A DNA stretch of 64,000 nt from positions 2,400,001 to 2,464,000 of the forward strand of contig CBDFJR010000002.1 of NCBI GenBank assembly GCA_965248535.1. Direction: 5' to 3'. The notes beneath the pieces are model-generated. The model was not told the origin of the DNA. It made no database searches and saw nothing but the letters and a program-made list of their open reading frames with translations. The stretch comes from Phormidesmis sp. GTDB lineage: Bacteria > Cyanobacteriota > Cyanobacteriia > Leptolyngbyales > Leptolyngbyaceae. Of the stretch, positions 31,504 through 42,465 are shown piece after piece; position 1 is the first letter of the stretch; each line of letters opens with the position of its first letter. The position numbers and the translations under genes are program-made.

Positions 31504-32063
31504 ACGGACGATTTCAAGCTAACTGTTTTGATGACGAGTTGCCAAGATCAAAACTATGAAATTTGATACCCGTACCACCTCTTTATGTCCACAACCCGTT
31601 CACCTATTGAGAATTTATTGCCAGCGCTGATGAACTCAAGAAACCGGGTCAGACTTTGAACATCAGAATTGGGCACAGTCGATCGAAAACTTCCACCAAT
31701 CCCGCTTGCACTTGGGTATCAATCACAGGTGTAGTTGGTTTGTAGGCAGGGGCTTTCTCAATCCGTCGTTCCTCTCGCAAGGTGATGCAAGCGATTCCTT
31801 CTAATCCCAACGATTCTTCAGTTTCATTCGCACTCGCACGAGTCAGATCAAGGCAAACAGTTCATCCAGTGGCGACTATAGATTTGATTTCCTATTCCAT
31901 TCACGCTCTCCTCAGATTATTCAGCATGAATTCAGCAATAAAATAGGGTCAACACAAATATTTAAGCTATTTTTCAGCACAGGTTCAGAAAAATCTTTTA
32001 CGATCGACATATTAATCTAGGCGCAACATCGTGAAGTGCCTCTAAAAGACTGAGGAGTTTCTG

Positions 32064-32330
32064 ATGATGAATATGTTTGTCGGTAAGCAGCAAGCCTGTC
32101 AGTTTCTCGATTTGAGCAATGACACTCTGAAGAAGTATCGACTTCAAGGCGAGTGGATTGAAGGCATTCATTGGGTGCGGATTAATCAGCGGTGTGTCCG
32201 CTACAATCTGCCACTGATTCAAGACTGGATGCACAATCGCTGTAATCCTGCCGCGCATCGACGCGCGATTGTAACTTACGAAGCCACTCTTTTAAGCCAT
32301 CAAAAGAAAGCCAAAAAAATTGCCCAATGA
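32064..32330 (+). CDS. Excisionase-like small DNA-binding protein
   Basis: ACQFLDLSNDTLKKYR....IEGIHW...RYNLPLIQDW; convergent with integrase. Confidence 0.7.
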   Translation: MMNMFVGKQQACQFLDLSNDTLKKYRLQGEWIEGIHWVRINQRCVRYNLPLIQDWMHNRCNPAAHRRAIVTYEATLLSHQKKAKKIAQ

Positions 32331-32366
32331 GCTATTGAGCAATTAGCTTTATCAACCAGACAACAT

Positions 32367-33555
32367 TCAAGTCAGATCCGGTGGTCGAAGATTTGTGAAA
32401 TTCGTTGCGCCGTAGTGCTTGTCGATCATCTTGGCACTCGTTCCCGTCCAACGTCCGATCGCGGTGCTGTTAATATGAGCCTCCACACATAGGCTGATGA
32501 AAGTGTGTCGGCATTGGTAGCTCTTTCGATAGGGAATGCCGCTCTTCGACATAATCGCCTGCCACGGGCGATTAGCAAAATTGTGCTGGTCAATAAATCT
32601 GTCTCTCGGACTTCTGAAAATGAAGGCTTCAGGATCAATCGTTTCAGCCTTCATACCGTCCAAAATTGTCTTGACTTCGGGGGTAATCGGAAAGTCGCGT
32701 TTATGCTGAGTCTTCAAGCCTTCTTTCAGAATCAGCCCTTTCTTAGACACCACCACCGCTTGCCGGAATCGGATCACGCTTTCGGTGACGTGTTTCCATT
32801 GCAGCCCAATCACTTCTGATGGACGTGCGCCTGTAAAGAACAAAAAGCGCACGTAATTGGTGTAGTGCTTGTATTGGTGATCCATTTCAAAGGTTTGAAT
32901 AATCCGATCGCGCTCCTCTTTTGAAAATGGACTGACATCCTCATCTTCAGTCAACCCTTTAGGAGCTTTAAGCTTCATTGAGCTAAAAGGATTAATCTCG
33001 ATGATGCCGTCTTCAACTGCCCAATCACAGCACGCTTTCAGTTGAGTCACACACCGCTTCGCTGCATCCGGTGTCAAATTTGCTAAGAGATAATCTCGAA
33101 TGGCGATTGCATCATTCAAAGACTGACTTGGAAACCGACGAATGTGATTTTGCTGCTTTGTGTAGTCCTTGCAAAATGTACTGGGACTTACCTGCGGCTG
33201 TTTGAATTCCATATAGCGCTCCCACAAGTCAGCGAGGGTTGGCTGCAATTTGGCTGGAGGATTGGGGGAAATTGGGGGAATGGAGGAAACGGTGGTCAGA
33301 GCCGCGTAGGGCTGATACTTGGCAAGGCTCAGATCCACCTCTCCGTAATCAATATCCCGTTGAAGCGTTCTTACCGTATCCCCAACTCGTTGCCGATTGA
33401 TCGGTGTATCCTCGTGCCCAGTAGAAATATAGAACCGCTTCCGTTTGATCTCCCCGTTTTCTTGAATTGGGTAAGAAAAGACGATTTGCAACCGACCTCG
33501 CGTATTTTTGAACTGAACCCTTGTTACCCTTGCCTTGTGATGATGACGAATACAT
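32367..33555 (-). pseudogene. Tyrosine integrase with arm-binding N-terminus, frameshifted near 33505
   Basis: TGARPSE, LKT, YQCRHTF, GTS..MI.KHY catalytic motifs; MYSSSSQGKGNKGSVQ is out of frame with KNTRGRLQIVFSY. Confidence 0.8.
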
Positions 33556-33713
33556 CGGCAACTCCTGTTAGGGGAATCAGAGGAATATGCTGTTCAGTCT
33601 AACTTTGCTCTATTTTTCTTTTTACAACAATTCCCCCAATTTTCCCCCAATTTTGCCTCTAAACCCCTCTAAAAATGCCTAACGTGAAGACACACCTTTG
33701 AGATGAGAGCGCC

Positions 33714-33752
33714 AAAAACAAAGCCCACAGGCTAGTTGCAGTGGGCTTTTTG
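33714..33752. terminator. Hairpin AAAGCCCAC...GTGGGCTTT with A/T tails downstream of the tRNA
   Basis: 9-bp inverted repeat ~15 bp from tRNA 3' end. Confidence 0.6.
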
Positions 33753-33767
33753 CTTGAGATATCTGAA

Positions 33768-33840
<73 letters not shown>

Positions 33841-34103
33841 AGATTTAATTACGTTTAGCGCTTAACTAAGGTAGCAAAAACAAATGCAATTTGCAAGTAG
33901 TTTTGGAAAATAGGATTGTGGAGTAATTCCACTCTAAAGTCGCATCTCAAAGTCTTCTCCTAACTTTCTCAACGTAGCCAGAGCAAACAAACTTCAACCC
34001 TTTCTCCTAAATTTGATCTGCCAACCGGGTGCTGATCGGTCAAAATGGGTGTGTGCTCATTAATGGGTCACAAATCTTTAGAGCTACTCTATCTAAAACG
34101 CTT

Positions 34104-35066
34104 ATGCGCCGACGTTCTACCCCGTGGATTCATCGCTGGTCACGCCCTTTGATTGGGTCGATCGCCGTCCTCGGAGCCATCAATACGGGTTATCTCACGA
34201 TCAACAAGTTTTTAGACAGCAGCCCAGTTTGCACGAGCAACTGTGAATCGGTGCTTAACAGCCCCTATGCCACGGTGTTGGGGTTGCCCCTGTCGCTGTT
34301 TGGGTTTTTAGCTTATGTGAGCATGGCGCTACTGGCGCTAGTTCCGTTAGCGGTGAATGCTGAAGAGCAGCGATCGCTGCGAACCACCCTAGAAAATCGA
34401 ACTTGGCTGCTGCTATTTGCTGGCTCAACCGCTATGCTGCTCTTTAGCGGCTATTTGATGTATGTGTTAGCGTTCGACATCAAAACGGTTTGCTACTACT
34501 GCATCGCGTCAGCCACCTTTGCCACCGCGATGTTTGTCTTGACCCTGCTGGGTCGTACTTGGGATGATGTGGGGCAACTCTTTTTTACAGGCATTGTTGT
34601 GGCGGCGGTGACACTGGTCGGCACGTTGGGCATTTATGCACCCATTAATTCAGCCAATGCCGATGCGGGTAGCTCTTATAGTCTCGGCCCAGCCAGTGGG
34701 CAGGCTTACTTCACCATTACTGATACATCTGGCGATGCTGAGGTTGAACTGGCTCGGCATCTCAAAAATATTGGAGCCAAGATGTATAGTGCCTATTGGT
34801 GCCCTCACTGCTATGAGCAGAAGAAGATCTTTGGGGTCAAGGCGCTAAAAGACGTTCCTTCTGTGGAATGTGCGCCTGAGGGCAAAAATCCGCAGACGGC
34901 TTTGTGTCAAGAGGTTGCACCTAAGATTGAGAAGCAGACGGGTCAGAAGTTTGGGTTTCCAACCTGGGAGATTAACGGCAAGTTTTATTCGGGTCAAAAG
35001 CCGTTAGATGAGTTGGCAAAGATTTCTGGCTATCAAGGCCCTGCTAACTTTAAGAACAGCTTCTGA
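34104..35066 (+). CDS. VKOR-thioredoxin fusion (DsbAB-like)
   Basis: C...CESVLNSPYA, CYYC, C-terminal YWCPHC and GFPTW. Confidence 0.92.
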   Translation: MRRRSTPWIHRWSRPLIGSIAVLGAINTGYLTINKFLDSSPVCTSNCESVLNSPYATVLGLPLSLFGFLAYVSMALLALVPLAVNAEEQRSLRTTLENRTWLLLFAGSTAMLLFSGYLMYVLAFDIKTVCYYCIASATFATAMFVLTLLGRTWDDVGQLFFTGIVVAAVTLVGTLGIYAPINSANADAGSSYSLGPASGQAYFTITDTSGDAEVELARHLKNIGAKMYSAYWCPHCYEQKKIFGVKALKDVPSVECAPEGKNPQTALCQEVAPKIEKQTGQKFGFPTWEINGKFYSGQKPLDELAKISGYQGPANFKNSF

Positions 35067-35335
35067 TCAGCAGATTCAGGCACTTTGTTCTGCTGAATTT
35101 TAGGGTGAGGATGTACGAAATCACGTCATTCTTGCCCTATTTTATTTGAATTTTTATTGGCACCACGATCGCTCCAGCTAATCGGAGAACTGACTTGAAA
35201 TATCTCAGCCAGATTGGCTACATAAACGGCAAGGAATCCCCCAGTCATTTGTGAGGGAAGATATCTTATACATAACAGCTTAAACAGAGTTGTTAATCAA
35301 CAAAGCTACTCTATTACAAACCAAAGGAGACTACT

Positions 35336-35554
35336 ATGATTATCTCAGAACTTAGCTATCTCGAAGTTGCTACTGAAGCCAATGAGCTAGAAGGTGGGCT
35401 TGATTTATCGGTGACTTCTACTCACTTTGCACAACAATTAGCCGTGTTGCAATCTGGTTCATCGTCGGGCCCTGGAGGCAGCATTTCTTTTGCAAATGCA
35501 CAGCATTTAATCACTGACACGAGTAGTTTTAGCGCGATCGTGTTGGGCGCTTAA
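35336..35554 (+). CDS. Double-glycine-leader peptide 1 (72 aa)
   Basis: MIISELSYLE...LEGG leader; SGPGGS core; AAGGAG RBS. Confidence 0.8.
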   Translation: MIISELSYLEVATEANELEGGLDLSVTSTHFAQQLAVLQSGSSSGPGGSISFANAQHLITDTSSFSAIVLGA

Positions 35555-35780
35555 TCAATCAGTTCATTTTCTTTCTGATATCTCATCTATCAAACAGGGC
35601 ATATTTGGCGCGTTTATTTATCATAGACGCGCTTTTCTTTAAGGCATAAGATATCGCCGCCATATTGGCTACATAAACTGCAATAGAGGCCATATAAACG
35701 GGTAAGTAAGATACGTTATAAAAAGCAGCTTGAATAAGCTTCTATCAATCTGACCGGATTAAATTAGAAAGGAGAGAATA

Positions 35781-35999
35781 ATGCTGATTACTGACCTAAA
35801 TTATTTAGAAAGCGTTGACGAAGCCACAATCTTAGAAGGTGGAACTGACTGGGCGGCAACCTTAACTGCCTTTAGTCAAGCGCTTTCGATGCTGCAAACC
35901 GGAGCTACTTCAGGGCCTAATGGTAGTTCGGCGTTTGCGAATATTGGTCGCTTGAATATGGCGACACTCGGTTTAGGTGCCGTTTTTCTGGGAGTCTAA
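35781..35999 (+). CDS. Double-glycine-leader peptide 2 (72 aa)
   Basis: MLITDLNYLE...LEGG; SGPNGS; AAGGAG RBS. Confidence 0.8.
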   Translation: MLITDLNYLESVDEATILEGGTDWAATLTAFSQALSMLQTGATSGPNGSSAFANIGRLNMATLGLGAVFLGV

Positions 36000-36242
36000 A
36001 TTAGAGGTCGATCGCTATCTTACAAAGTTACAAGCAACTGGCGCATTTATTCATTTAGGTGCGCCAGACTTGTGTTTTTTATTAGGGATTATTGTTCCGA
36101 TCTCCACTCTAAAATAACCCTGCCAGATTGGCTACACAAACTGCAAAAGAGCACCTATTCCTAAATCTAAGAAGATATCTTATACATAACAGCTTAAACA
36201 GAGTTGTTAACAACTAAACCACTCATTTCAAAGGAGACTACT

Positions 36243-36461
36243 ATGATTATCTCAGAACTCAACTATCTAGAAATCGCGACCGAAGCAGCTAGCCTAGAAG
36301 GTGGCATTGACCTGTCTGTAAACTTCACTCAGTTCAAACAACAAACTTCAGTGCTGCAAACTGCATCAACGTCTGGGCCAGGGGGCAGCACTTCTGTTGC
36401 CAATGGCGGCAGCTTGAAGATTGACACCTCTGGTTTTGGGGCGATTGTCTTGGGTGTCTAA
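36243..36461 (+). CDS. Double-glycine-leader peptide 3 (72 aa)
   Basis: MIISELNYLE...LEGG; SGPGGS; AAGGAG RBS. Confidence 0.8.
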   Translation: MIISELNYLEIATEAASLEGGIDLSVNFTQFKQQTSVLQTASTSGPGGSTSVANGGSLKIDTSGFGAIVLGV

Positions 36462-36652
36462 CGAGACAAACTCCCAAACAAATCGGGCAAGTTAGATGCT
36501 TATCAATTCCTCTAGTCAAGAGCTTTTTCTTAACCTCACGCTTTGACTAGAGGAAAATCAAATTCGAGCTTATAAAGCTAATGCTGATTCTATTAGGGAC
36601 ATGGCACTGCTATGCCCCTAGCAATCATTTTTTCGTTTATGAGGGCATACAA

Positions 36653-36961
36653 ATGATTATTTCTGATCTTGATTGTGTTGAAGAAATTGATGCACTATTG
36701 GAGATAGAAGGTGGTGGAGTCTGGAGCGTCGGCTCTGAAGATGGCTATACAAGAGGAAGCAACCGTTCATGGTTCTCAATGATTCAACCCATTTTGCAAT
36801 CTCTCAACATTTTTCCGGCGGCCTCTTCTACGGTGGCAAATTTGGGCGGAACCTCGATCGGGAACACCGCAATCTCAACCAATATATCGATGCCAATCTT
36901 TATTGTGATTAATCAATTTGGCTCAGGGAGAGGTGGAAATCGCAACTACTTCTCATTTTGA
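36653..36961 (+). CDS. Double-glycine-leader peptide 4 (102 aa, divergent core)
   Basis: MIISDLDCVE...IEGG leader. Confidence 0.7.
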   Translation: MIISDLDCVEEIDALLEIEGGGVWSVGSEDGYTRGSNRSWFSMIQPILQSLNIFPAASSTVANLGGTSIGNTAISTNISMPIFIVINQFGSGRGGNRNYFSF

Positions 36962-37003
36962 TAACTAAAAATAGTCGCCTCACTCAAGTCAAGGATAAAC
37001 CCG

Positions 37004-37735
37004 ATGACTATCTTTAAAGGAGAAGTAATTCAACCAGAGACTATCACGTTTGCATTAAGAAAAGAGATGCAGATTAAAGAAGTCTGCCGTAAGGTTTTTC
37101 ATCAAAAGATTATCGATCAAGCCGTAGAATCACGCGGCATTTGCTTGATCCCTGATGAGATTCAAGCTGAAGCAGATCGAATGCGCTATGAAAACCGATT
37201 ATTTCGATCGAGCGACACGCTAGCCTGGCTGTCTGATCAGTTAGTCACCGCCGATGATTGGGAGGCAGGCATTCGCGATCGCTTGATTGCTAAAAAGTTA
37301 TCTCAAATTTTGTTTGCCAAGGAAGTCGAACGGTTTTTTGCTGAAAATCAGCTAGAGTTTGACCAGGTTTTACTCTATCGATTTGCCGTTCCTTATGAAC
37401 AGTTTGCTCAAGAGATCTCCTATCAGATTCAGGAAGACGAAATCAGTTTTTACGAGGCGGCTCATCTCTATGATATTGACTGTCAGCGTCGATATCACTG
37501 TGGGTATGAAGGTAAGCTTTATCGCCGCAGCCTCAAGCCAGATTTGTCGGCGATCGTGTTTAGCGCCACGCCGGGTCAGGTGATTGGCCCTCTGACCATG
37601 GATCAAGCAAGTCACTTGCTGATGGTTGAAGAATTTATTCCGGCTGAGTTAACGCCAGAGCGTCATCAAGAAATTCTCAACCGAATGTTTAGCGAATGGT
37701 TGACCTCAGAATTGAATTATTTATTAAATGTATAA
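37004..37735 (+). CDS. Parvulin/PpiC-type peptidylprolyl isomerase-like protein
   Basis: EIQAEADRMR...AWL, SFYEAAHLY, GYEG...R..L.P.LSA.VF, VIGP. Confidence 0.8.
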   Translation: MTIFKGEVIQPETITFALRKEMQIKEVCRKVFHQKIIDQAVESRGICLIPDEIQAEADRMRYENRLFRSSDTLAWLSDQLVTADDWEAGIRDRLIAKKLSQILFAKEVERFFAENQLEFDQVLLYRFAVPYEQFAQEISYQIQEDEISFYEAAHLYDIDCQRRYHCGYEGKLYRRSLKPDLSAIVFSATPGQVIGPLTMDQASHLLMVEEFIPAELTPERHQEILNRMFSEWLTSELNYLLNV

Positions 37736-37873
37736 GTTCTGATAAATGTATAAGTTCTGAGTTTTAGGTATAAGGTCTGAGTTTTAGCGGGTCATGTTTT
37801 AGGCAGCGTTAGACCACTTGCACGCTGCTAGGCGAGTCCTCCAAAGGTTTCGATTTGGAGGACGTTTCACTGG

Positions 37874-39286
37874 TTAGCCCCTCTGTTGCTCGACTTTTCC
37901 AGCACTCGCTTTTTGCGCTTGCACTAATTGCGTCCGCGCTGCCTCTAACTGAGGGCCCGGATCGAGGGTAAGCCAGCCCGAACCCTGCTGCTTTCTGGTT
38001 TCATAGTGCAGGTGCGGCCCGGTTGATAGCCCTGTGGTGCCCACTCGCCCAATGATCGTGCCCGGTTTGACCAAATCGCCGGGGTGCACAAACATCTCTG
38101 ACATATGAGCATAGAGCGTGTCTTGCTTGCCTTGAGCGTGCTGAAGCACCACGGCCAACCCATAGCCACCCATGCGATCGGCGACAGCAACTCGTCCGGT
38201 TCGCGTGGCTAAAATGGGCGTTCCCTGAGCGGCACCTAGATCAACGCCCGCATGAAATCGGCGAACGCCGCTAACCGGATGTACGCGCCAACCAAACTTA
38301 GAGGTGACGGGGGCTGGCAGGGGCAGCGGATACATAATCTGTTCACCCTTTAAGTTATTGGGAATAGACAGTCCCCGATAGGCTTGCAACCCTGAAGTGG
38401 TGCTGTAATCTGGGCTAGCGGTTCGCAGCCCTGATGAGTCGCTGCTGGCCGAACTGGCGATCGCAACTTGGCGATTGATTAACGGCTGGGGCAGAGTTTG
38501 AATGGCGATCGGCACCGACCCAAATCCCCGATTGACCGATGCTTGACGAACAGGGGTGGGCAGGGGTGGCAGGCTGGGCAACGATTTCAGCAGATCTTGC
38601 TGGCGCTGAGATTGGCGCTGGTTGAGCACGATTTTGATCGGCTCGGTGGCTTGGGCAACGCCTACTTTACGGCTTTTGGCTTCTAACGAATTGATGGTGT
38701 TCACCAGATCTGCCCGAACCGTTGCCGAAAGCGTGGGATCTTGCAGCAGTTGACGCGCCTGATCAAAGTTTCCTTGGCTGATGGATTCATAAGTGCGAGA
38801 AACTACACTTTCTTGAGCTACTTTTTTAGCTGCGTCTTTAGCCACAATTTCTGCGAGGCGTTGCTTTAAAACTTGGCGGCGCTCTAACAACTGCTTTGAC
38901 TGATTGGAGTCACCGTTTTGCACGGGCGATGGTTGCCCGATCGCCGGATTTGTGACCGGGCTGACTGCGGCTTGAGTTTGGACTGAAGGTTTGCCGATCG
39001 TAGGGGCAACTTGGGTCGAAAGTGGCATGGCCTTCGGACTTTGAAGCGGGGATGAAGCCGCAACATGAGGCGTTTGAATCGGGGCTACAGAGACGGCAAC
39101 CGATGGGAGGTGACTTGGCGGTAATCGCTCTGATGGGAGTGACTCAGGCGGCGCGATCGGGGCGATCGTGGTCGGAACCACAGCCTCTCGTTGAAAGACA
39201 AGTTCAGTCCCTGTTGGCTGAACGTCATCAATAGCAGCCTTTTGGGTCGTGAGTTGTGATAATAGAGAAGGGATCAGGTCTAGCAT
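37874..39286 (-). CDS. M23 family metallopeptidase
   Basis: FGWRVHP, HAGVDL, TLYAHM, STGPHLHYE. Confidence 0.9.
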   Translation of the reverse strand: MLDLIPSLLSQLTTQKAAIDDVQPTGTELVFQREAVVPTTIAPIAPPESLPSERLPPSHLPSVAVSVAPIQTPHVAASSPLQSPKAMPLSTQVAPTIGKPSVQTQAAVSPVTNPAIGQPSPVQNGDSNQSKQLLERRQVLKQRLAEIVAKDAAKKVAQESVVSRTYESISQGNFDQARQLLQDPTLSATVRADLVNTINSLEAKSRKVGVAQATEPIKIVLNQRQSQRQQDLLKSLPSLPPLPTPVRQASVNRGFGSVPIAIQTLPQPLINRQVAIASSASSDSSGLRTASPDYSTTSGLQAYRGLSIPNNLKGEQIMYPLPLPAPVTSKFGWRVHPVSGVRRFHAGVDLGAAQGTPILATRTGRVAVADRMGGYGLAVVLQHAQGKQDTLYAHMSEMFVHPGDLVKPGTIIGRVGTTGLSTGPHLHYETRKQQGSGWLTLDPGPQLEAARTQLVQAQKASAGKVEQQRG

Positions 39287-39550
39287 CAGACTCCTAGTGG
39301 AGGGGACACCTAGCTAATACGCAGACTCGTCTTGATTACAGGACAACTTTATCGACTTGCCAACAATTCACCAATCCAGATGAAAGCTTTATGTCAGCGC
39401 AGGCTGAGGGTCAGAAGATCCCCGTGATGTCTCGACCCAAACGCCAGTGCAGAGACCAATTCTGAGCTACTGAATTCACCATCAAAACTGAAGTGCTAAG
39501 GTAGAAATACTTACCCTCTCGCCCAGACCAGCAGGCTGCAATCACTCAGC

Positions 39551-40342
39551 ATGGCCAACCAAACCTTCACGGCTTTGAATGATCAGACCCCTCAAGACTC
39601 AAGTGCTTTGTCGTTTGCTTCACCCCTAGTTGGATGGAGCATTGCCTTGATTTTGTTAGGAGGCGTGGCGAGTTGGCAGGTGGCTCGTCAGCGTCGCTTA
39701 CTCAAACTGCCTCAAAGCGTGATCCCTAAGGGCACTGAGAGCGCAGCAATCTACCCGCGCTTTACGCAGGCTCTACAGTGGGTTGCCTACGCCAAAGAGC
39801 AAGGGCGATCGCAGGGTTATGAAGCAGCGATCGCTATTTATAACCGGGCCTTAAGCGACTATCCTGATGATTTTCGGCTGTGGCATGAGCGCGGCTTGGC
39901 GCTGGCCAAACTTCAGCGATTTGAGGCGGCGATCGCCAGCTACGATCGGGCCTATGCCCTGCAACCCAACCAGCGCGATCTGGCCCATGAACGCGGCGAT
40001 GCCCTCTTGCAGCTAGGGCGCTATGAAGAAGCCATTGTCTCTCTCGACACATTTTTGCGCCATGACCCCGGCAATGCCCATGTTTTAACCGATCGGGGCT
40101 ACGCCTGCTATCAACTTAATCGCCCCGAAGAAGCCCTGCGATCGCTCAACCAAGTGTTGCAAAATGAGCGCCGCGATCGTGCCTCCCTCGCTCGTGCTCA
40201 CTACTACCAGATCGAAGCCCTGCGTCAGATGAAACAGTTTGAGGCGGCGCTGCGATCGTCGCAAGCAGCCATCAAGCAACATTCTGAAGAAGTCTTCAAG
40301 GCTCAACACGCTGCCCTGAAACGACAGATGGGTGGCCCTTAA
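39551..40342 (+). CDS. TPR protein with N-terminal TM segment
   Basis: Repeated RG.AL..L.R.E.AI.S.D motifs. Confidence 0.85.
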   Translation: MANQTFTALNDQTPQDSSALSFASPLVGWSIALILLGGVASWQVARQRRLLKLPQSVIPKGTESAAIYPRFTQALQWVAYAKEQGRSQGYEAAIAIYNRALSDYPDDFRLWHERGLALAKLQRFEAAIASYDRAYALQPNQRDLAHERGDALLQLGRYEEAIVSLDTFLRHDPGNAHVLTDRGYACYQLNRPEEALRSLNQVLQNERRDRASLARAHYYQIEALRQMKQFEAALRSSQAAIKQHSEEVFKAQHAALKRQMGGP

Positions 40343-40501
40343 TAAGGGAATTGCTCTGGGTCAGTCAACCCGATCGAACGCTAGTCAACCCGCAAAACCT
40401 AAGAAATCAGGGGAGTCCTAAAATCGCCCCCTTCGATGAATTACAGTGATAAAAGGTAGATAAAATTACCGATCACATACATTCCTAAGGATATTCCCGG
40501 T

Positions 40502-42394
40502 ATGCATCTGAGTGAACTGACCCACCCAAACCAGTTGCATGGTCTGTCGATCTATCAGCTTCAGCAAATGGCTCGTCAGATTCGTGAAAAGCATCTACAA
40601 ACGGTTGCAACCATTGGGGGGCACCTCGGCCCAGGATTAGGTGTCGTCGAGCTAACCCTGGCCCTTTATCAAACGTTGGATCTCGATCGCGACAAAGTAA
40701 TCTGGGATGTCGGGCACCAAGCCTATCCCCACAAGCTGATCACCGGGCGATATGCCAACTTTGACACGCTACGTCAAAAAGAGGGCATTGCGGGTTATCT
40801 CAAGCGCGGTGAAAGCAAGTTTGACCATTTTGGTGCAGGTCACGCCTCGACCAGCATCTCGGCAGGTCTCGGAATGGCGCTAGCCCGCGATGCCAAAGGT
40901 GAAAACTTTAAAGTCGTCTCAGTGATTGGCGATGGAGCGCTCACGGGCGGCATGGCCCTCGAAGCGATCAATCACGCGGGTCATTTGCCCAAAACCAATC
41001 TGCTGGTCGTGTTGAACGATAACGAGATGTCGATTTCGCCCAACGTCGGCGCGATTCCTCGCTATCTAAACAAAATGCGCCTCAGTCCGCCTGTGCAGTT
41101 TCTCACCGACAACCTAGAGGAACAGTTCAAAAATATGCCCTTCTCGCCCGAACTGTCGCGGCTCAAAGAAGGCATGAAGCGGCTGGCCGTCCCTAAAGTG
41201 GGCGCGGTGTTTGAAGAATTGGGCTTTACCTATATGGGCCCGATCGACGGTCACAATCTTGAAGAACTGATTGCCACCTTTAAGCAGGCTCACCAGCATC
41301 CCGGCCCGGTTTTGGTGCACGTCGCGACAGTGAAAGGCAAAGGCTATGCGATCGCCGAAAACGATCAGGTCGGCTATCACGCCCAAACGCCTTTTAACCT
41401 GGCCACAGGCAAAGCGAATCCTTCTAGCAAGCCCAAGCCGCCCAGCTACTCAAAGGTGTTTGGTGAAACGTTGAGCACGATCGCCGAAAACGATCCGCGA
41501 GTCATTGGCATCACCGCCGCCATGGCCACCGGAACAGGATTGGATATCTTTCAAAAGCGGGTGCCTAAGCAATATGTCGATGTCGGCATTGCCGAACAGC
41601 ACGCCATCACTCTCGCCGCCGGACTGGCCTGTGAAGGAATGCGCCCCGTGGCTACGATTTACTCAACCTTTTTGCAGCGCGCCTTTGATCAGATTATCCA
41701 TGACGTTTGCATTCAAAATCTGCCCGTGTTTTTCTGCCTCGATCGCGCCGGAATCGTCGGTTCAGACGGCCCCACTCACCAGGGTATGTACGACATTGCC
41801 TATCTTCGCCTCATTCCCAATATGGTGCTGATGGCTCCCAAAGACGAAGCCGAATTGCAGCGCATGATTGTGACAGGAATTCAGCACACGAGTGGCCCGA
41901 TCGCCATGCGATATCCCAGAGGCAACGGCTACGGAGTGCCCCTGATGGAAGAAGGTTGGGAAGAACTGCCGATCGGGAAGGGTGAAATTCTCCGTCAAGG
42001 CGATGACCTCCTATTGCTCGGCTATGGTTCGATGGTCTATCCCTCGATGCAGGTGGCTGAGATTTTGAGCGAGCACGGCATCGAAGCCACGGTGATCAAC
42101 GCCCGATTTGCCAAACCGCTTGACACCGAATTGATTTTGCCACTGGCAGAAAAAATTGGCCGAGTGGTGACCCTTGAGGAAGGCTGTCTGCCTGGTGGGT
42201 TTGGCTCTGCGGTGGTCGAAGCCTTGATGGATGCGGATATCACGGTTCCCGTCAAGCGGATCGGCGTTCCTGACATTTTGGTTGACCACGCCACGCCCGA
42301 CGAGTCGAAAGCCGACCTGGGCTTGACTTCGCCGCAAATGGCCGAGCAAATTCTCAAATTGTTTAGCCGTCAGCCGTCAGCCGTCAGCGTCTAA
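40502..42394 (+). CDS. dxs: 1-deoxy-D-xylulose-5-phosphate synthase
   Basis: [43 protein letters not shown]...DGPTHQG. Confidence 0.98.
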   Translation: MHLSELTHPNQLHGLSIYQLQQMARQIREKHLQTVATIGGHLGPGLGVVELTLALYQTLDLDRDKVIWDVGHQAYPHKLITGRYANFDTLRQKEGIAGYLKRGESKFDHFGAGHASTSISAGLGMALARDAKGENFKVVSVIGDGALTGGMALEAINHAGHLPKTNLLVVLNDNEMSISPNVGAIPRYLNKMRLSPPVQFLTDNLEEQFKNMPFSPELSRLKEGMKRLAVPKVGAVFEELGFTYMGPIDGHNLEELIATFKQAHQHPGPVLVHVATVKGKGYAIAENDQVGYHAQTPFNLATGKANPSSKPKPPSYSKVFGETLSTIAENDPRVIGITAAMATGTGLDIFQKRVPKQYVDVGIAEQHAITLAAGLACEGMRPVATIYSTFLQRAFDQIIHDVCIQNLPVFFCLDRAGIVGSDGPTHQGMYDIAYLRLIPNMVLMAPKDEAELQRMIVTGIQHTSGPIAMRYPRGNGYGVPLMEEGWEELPIGKGEILRQGDDLLLLGYGSMVYPSMQVAEILSEHGIEATVINARFAKPLDTELILPLAEKIGRVVTLEEGCLPGGFGSAVVEALMDADITVPVKRIGVPDILVDHATPDESKADLGLTSPQMAEQILKLFSRQPSAVSV

Positions 42395-42465
42395 GCGATC
42401 GGGGTCTTAAAAGGCTGGCGGTGGGACGACAATCTAGCTGCCAGTCTATCTTTGGAAGAACGATC

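Larger units (their letters stand above)
2300..33767. mobile_element. tRNA-Phe-anchored integrative defence island (left boundary not identified)
   Basis: Integrase and excisionase next to tRNA 3' end; dense restriction/PT/TA/NLR cargo; no att duplication seen. Confidence 0.7.

Noticed and set aside
1..33767. att direct repeat of the tRNA-Phe 3' end
   Set aside because: No convincing copy of TGCCAGGAACGAGACTTGAAC found by eye; only a 9-bp match near 4751
35213..35232. Sigma-54 promoter (TGGC...GC)
   Set aside because: GG-GC spacing is 11 rather than 10, and cyanobacteria generally lack RpoN
37725..37786. 18-bp tandem repeat (GTATAAGTTCTGA core)
   Set aside because: Short slippage repeat with no evidence of function
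42365..42388. AGCCGTC heptamer repeats at the dxs 3' end
   Set aside because: Ordinary cyanobacterial short tandem repeats
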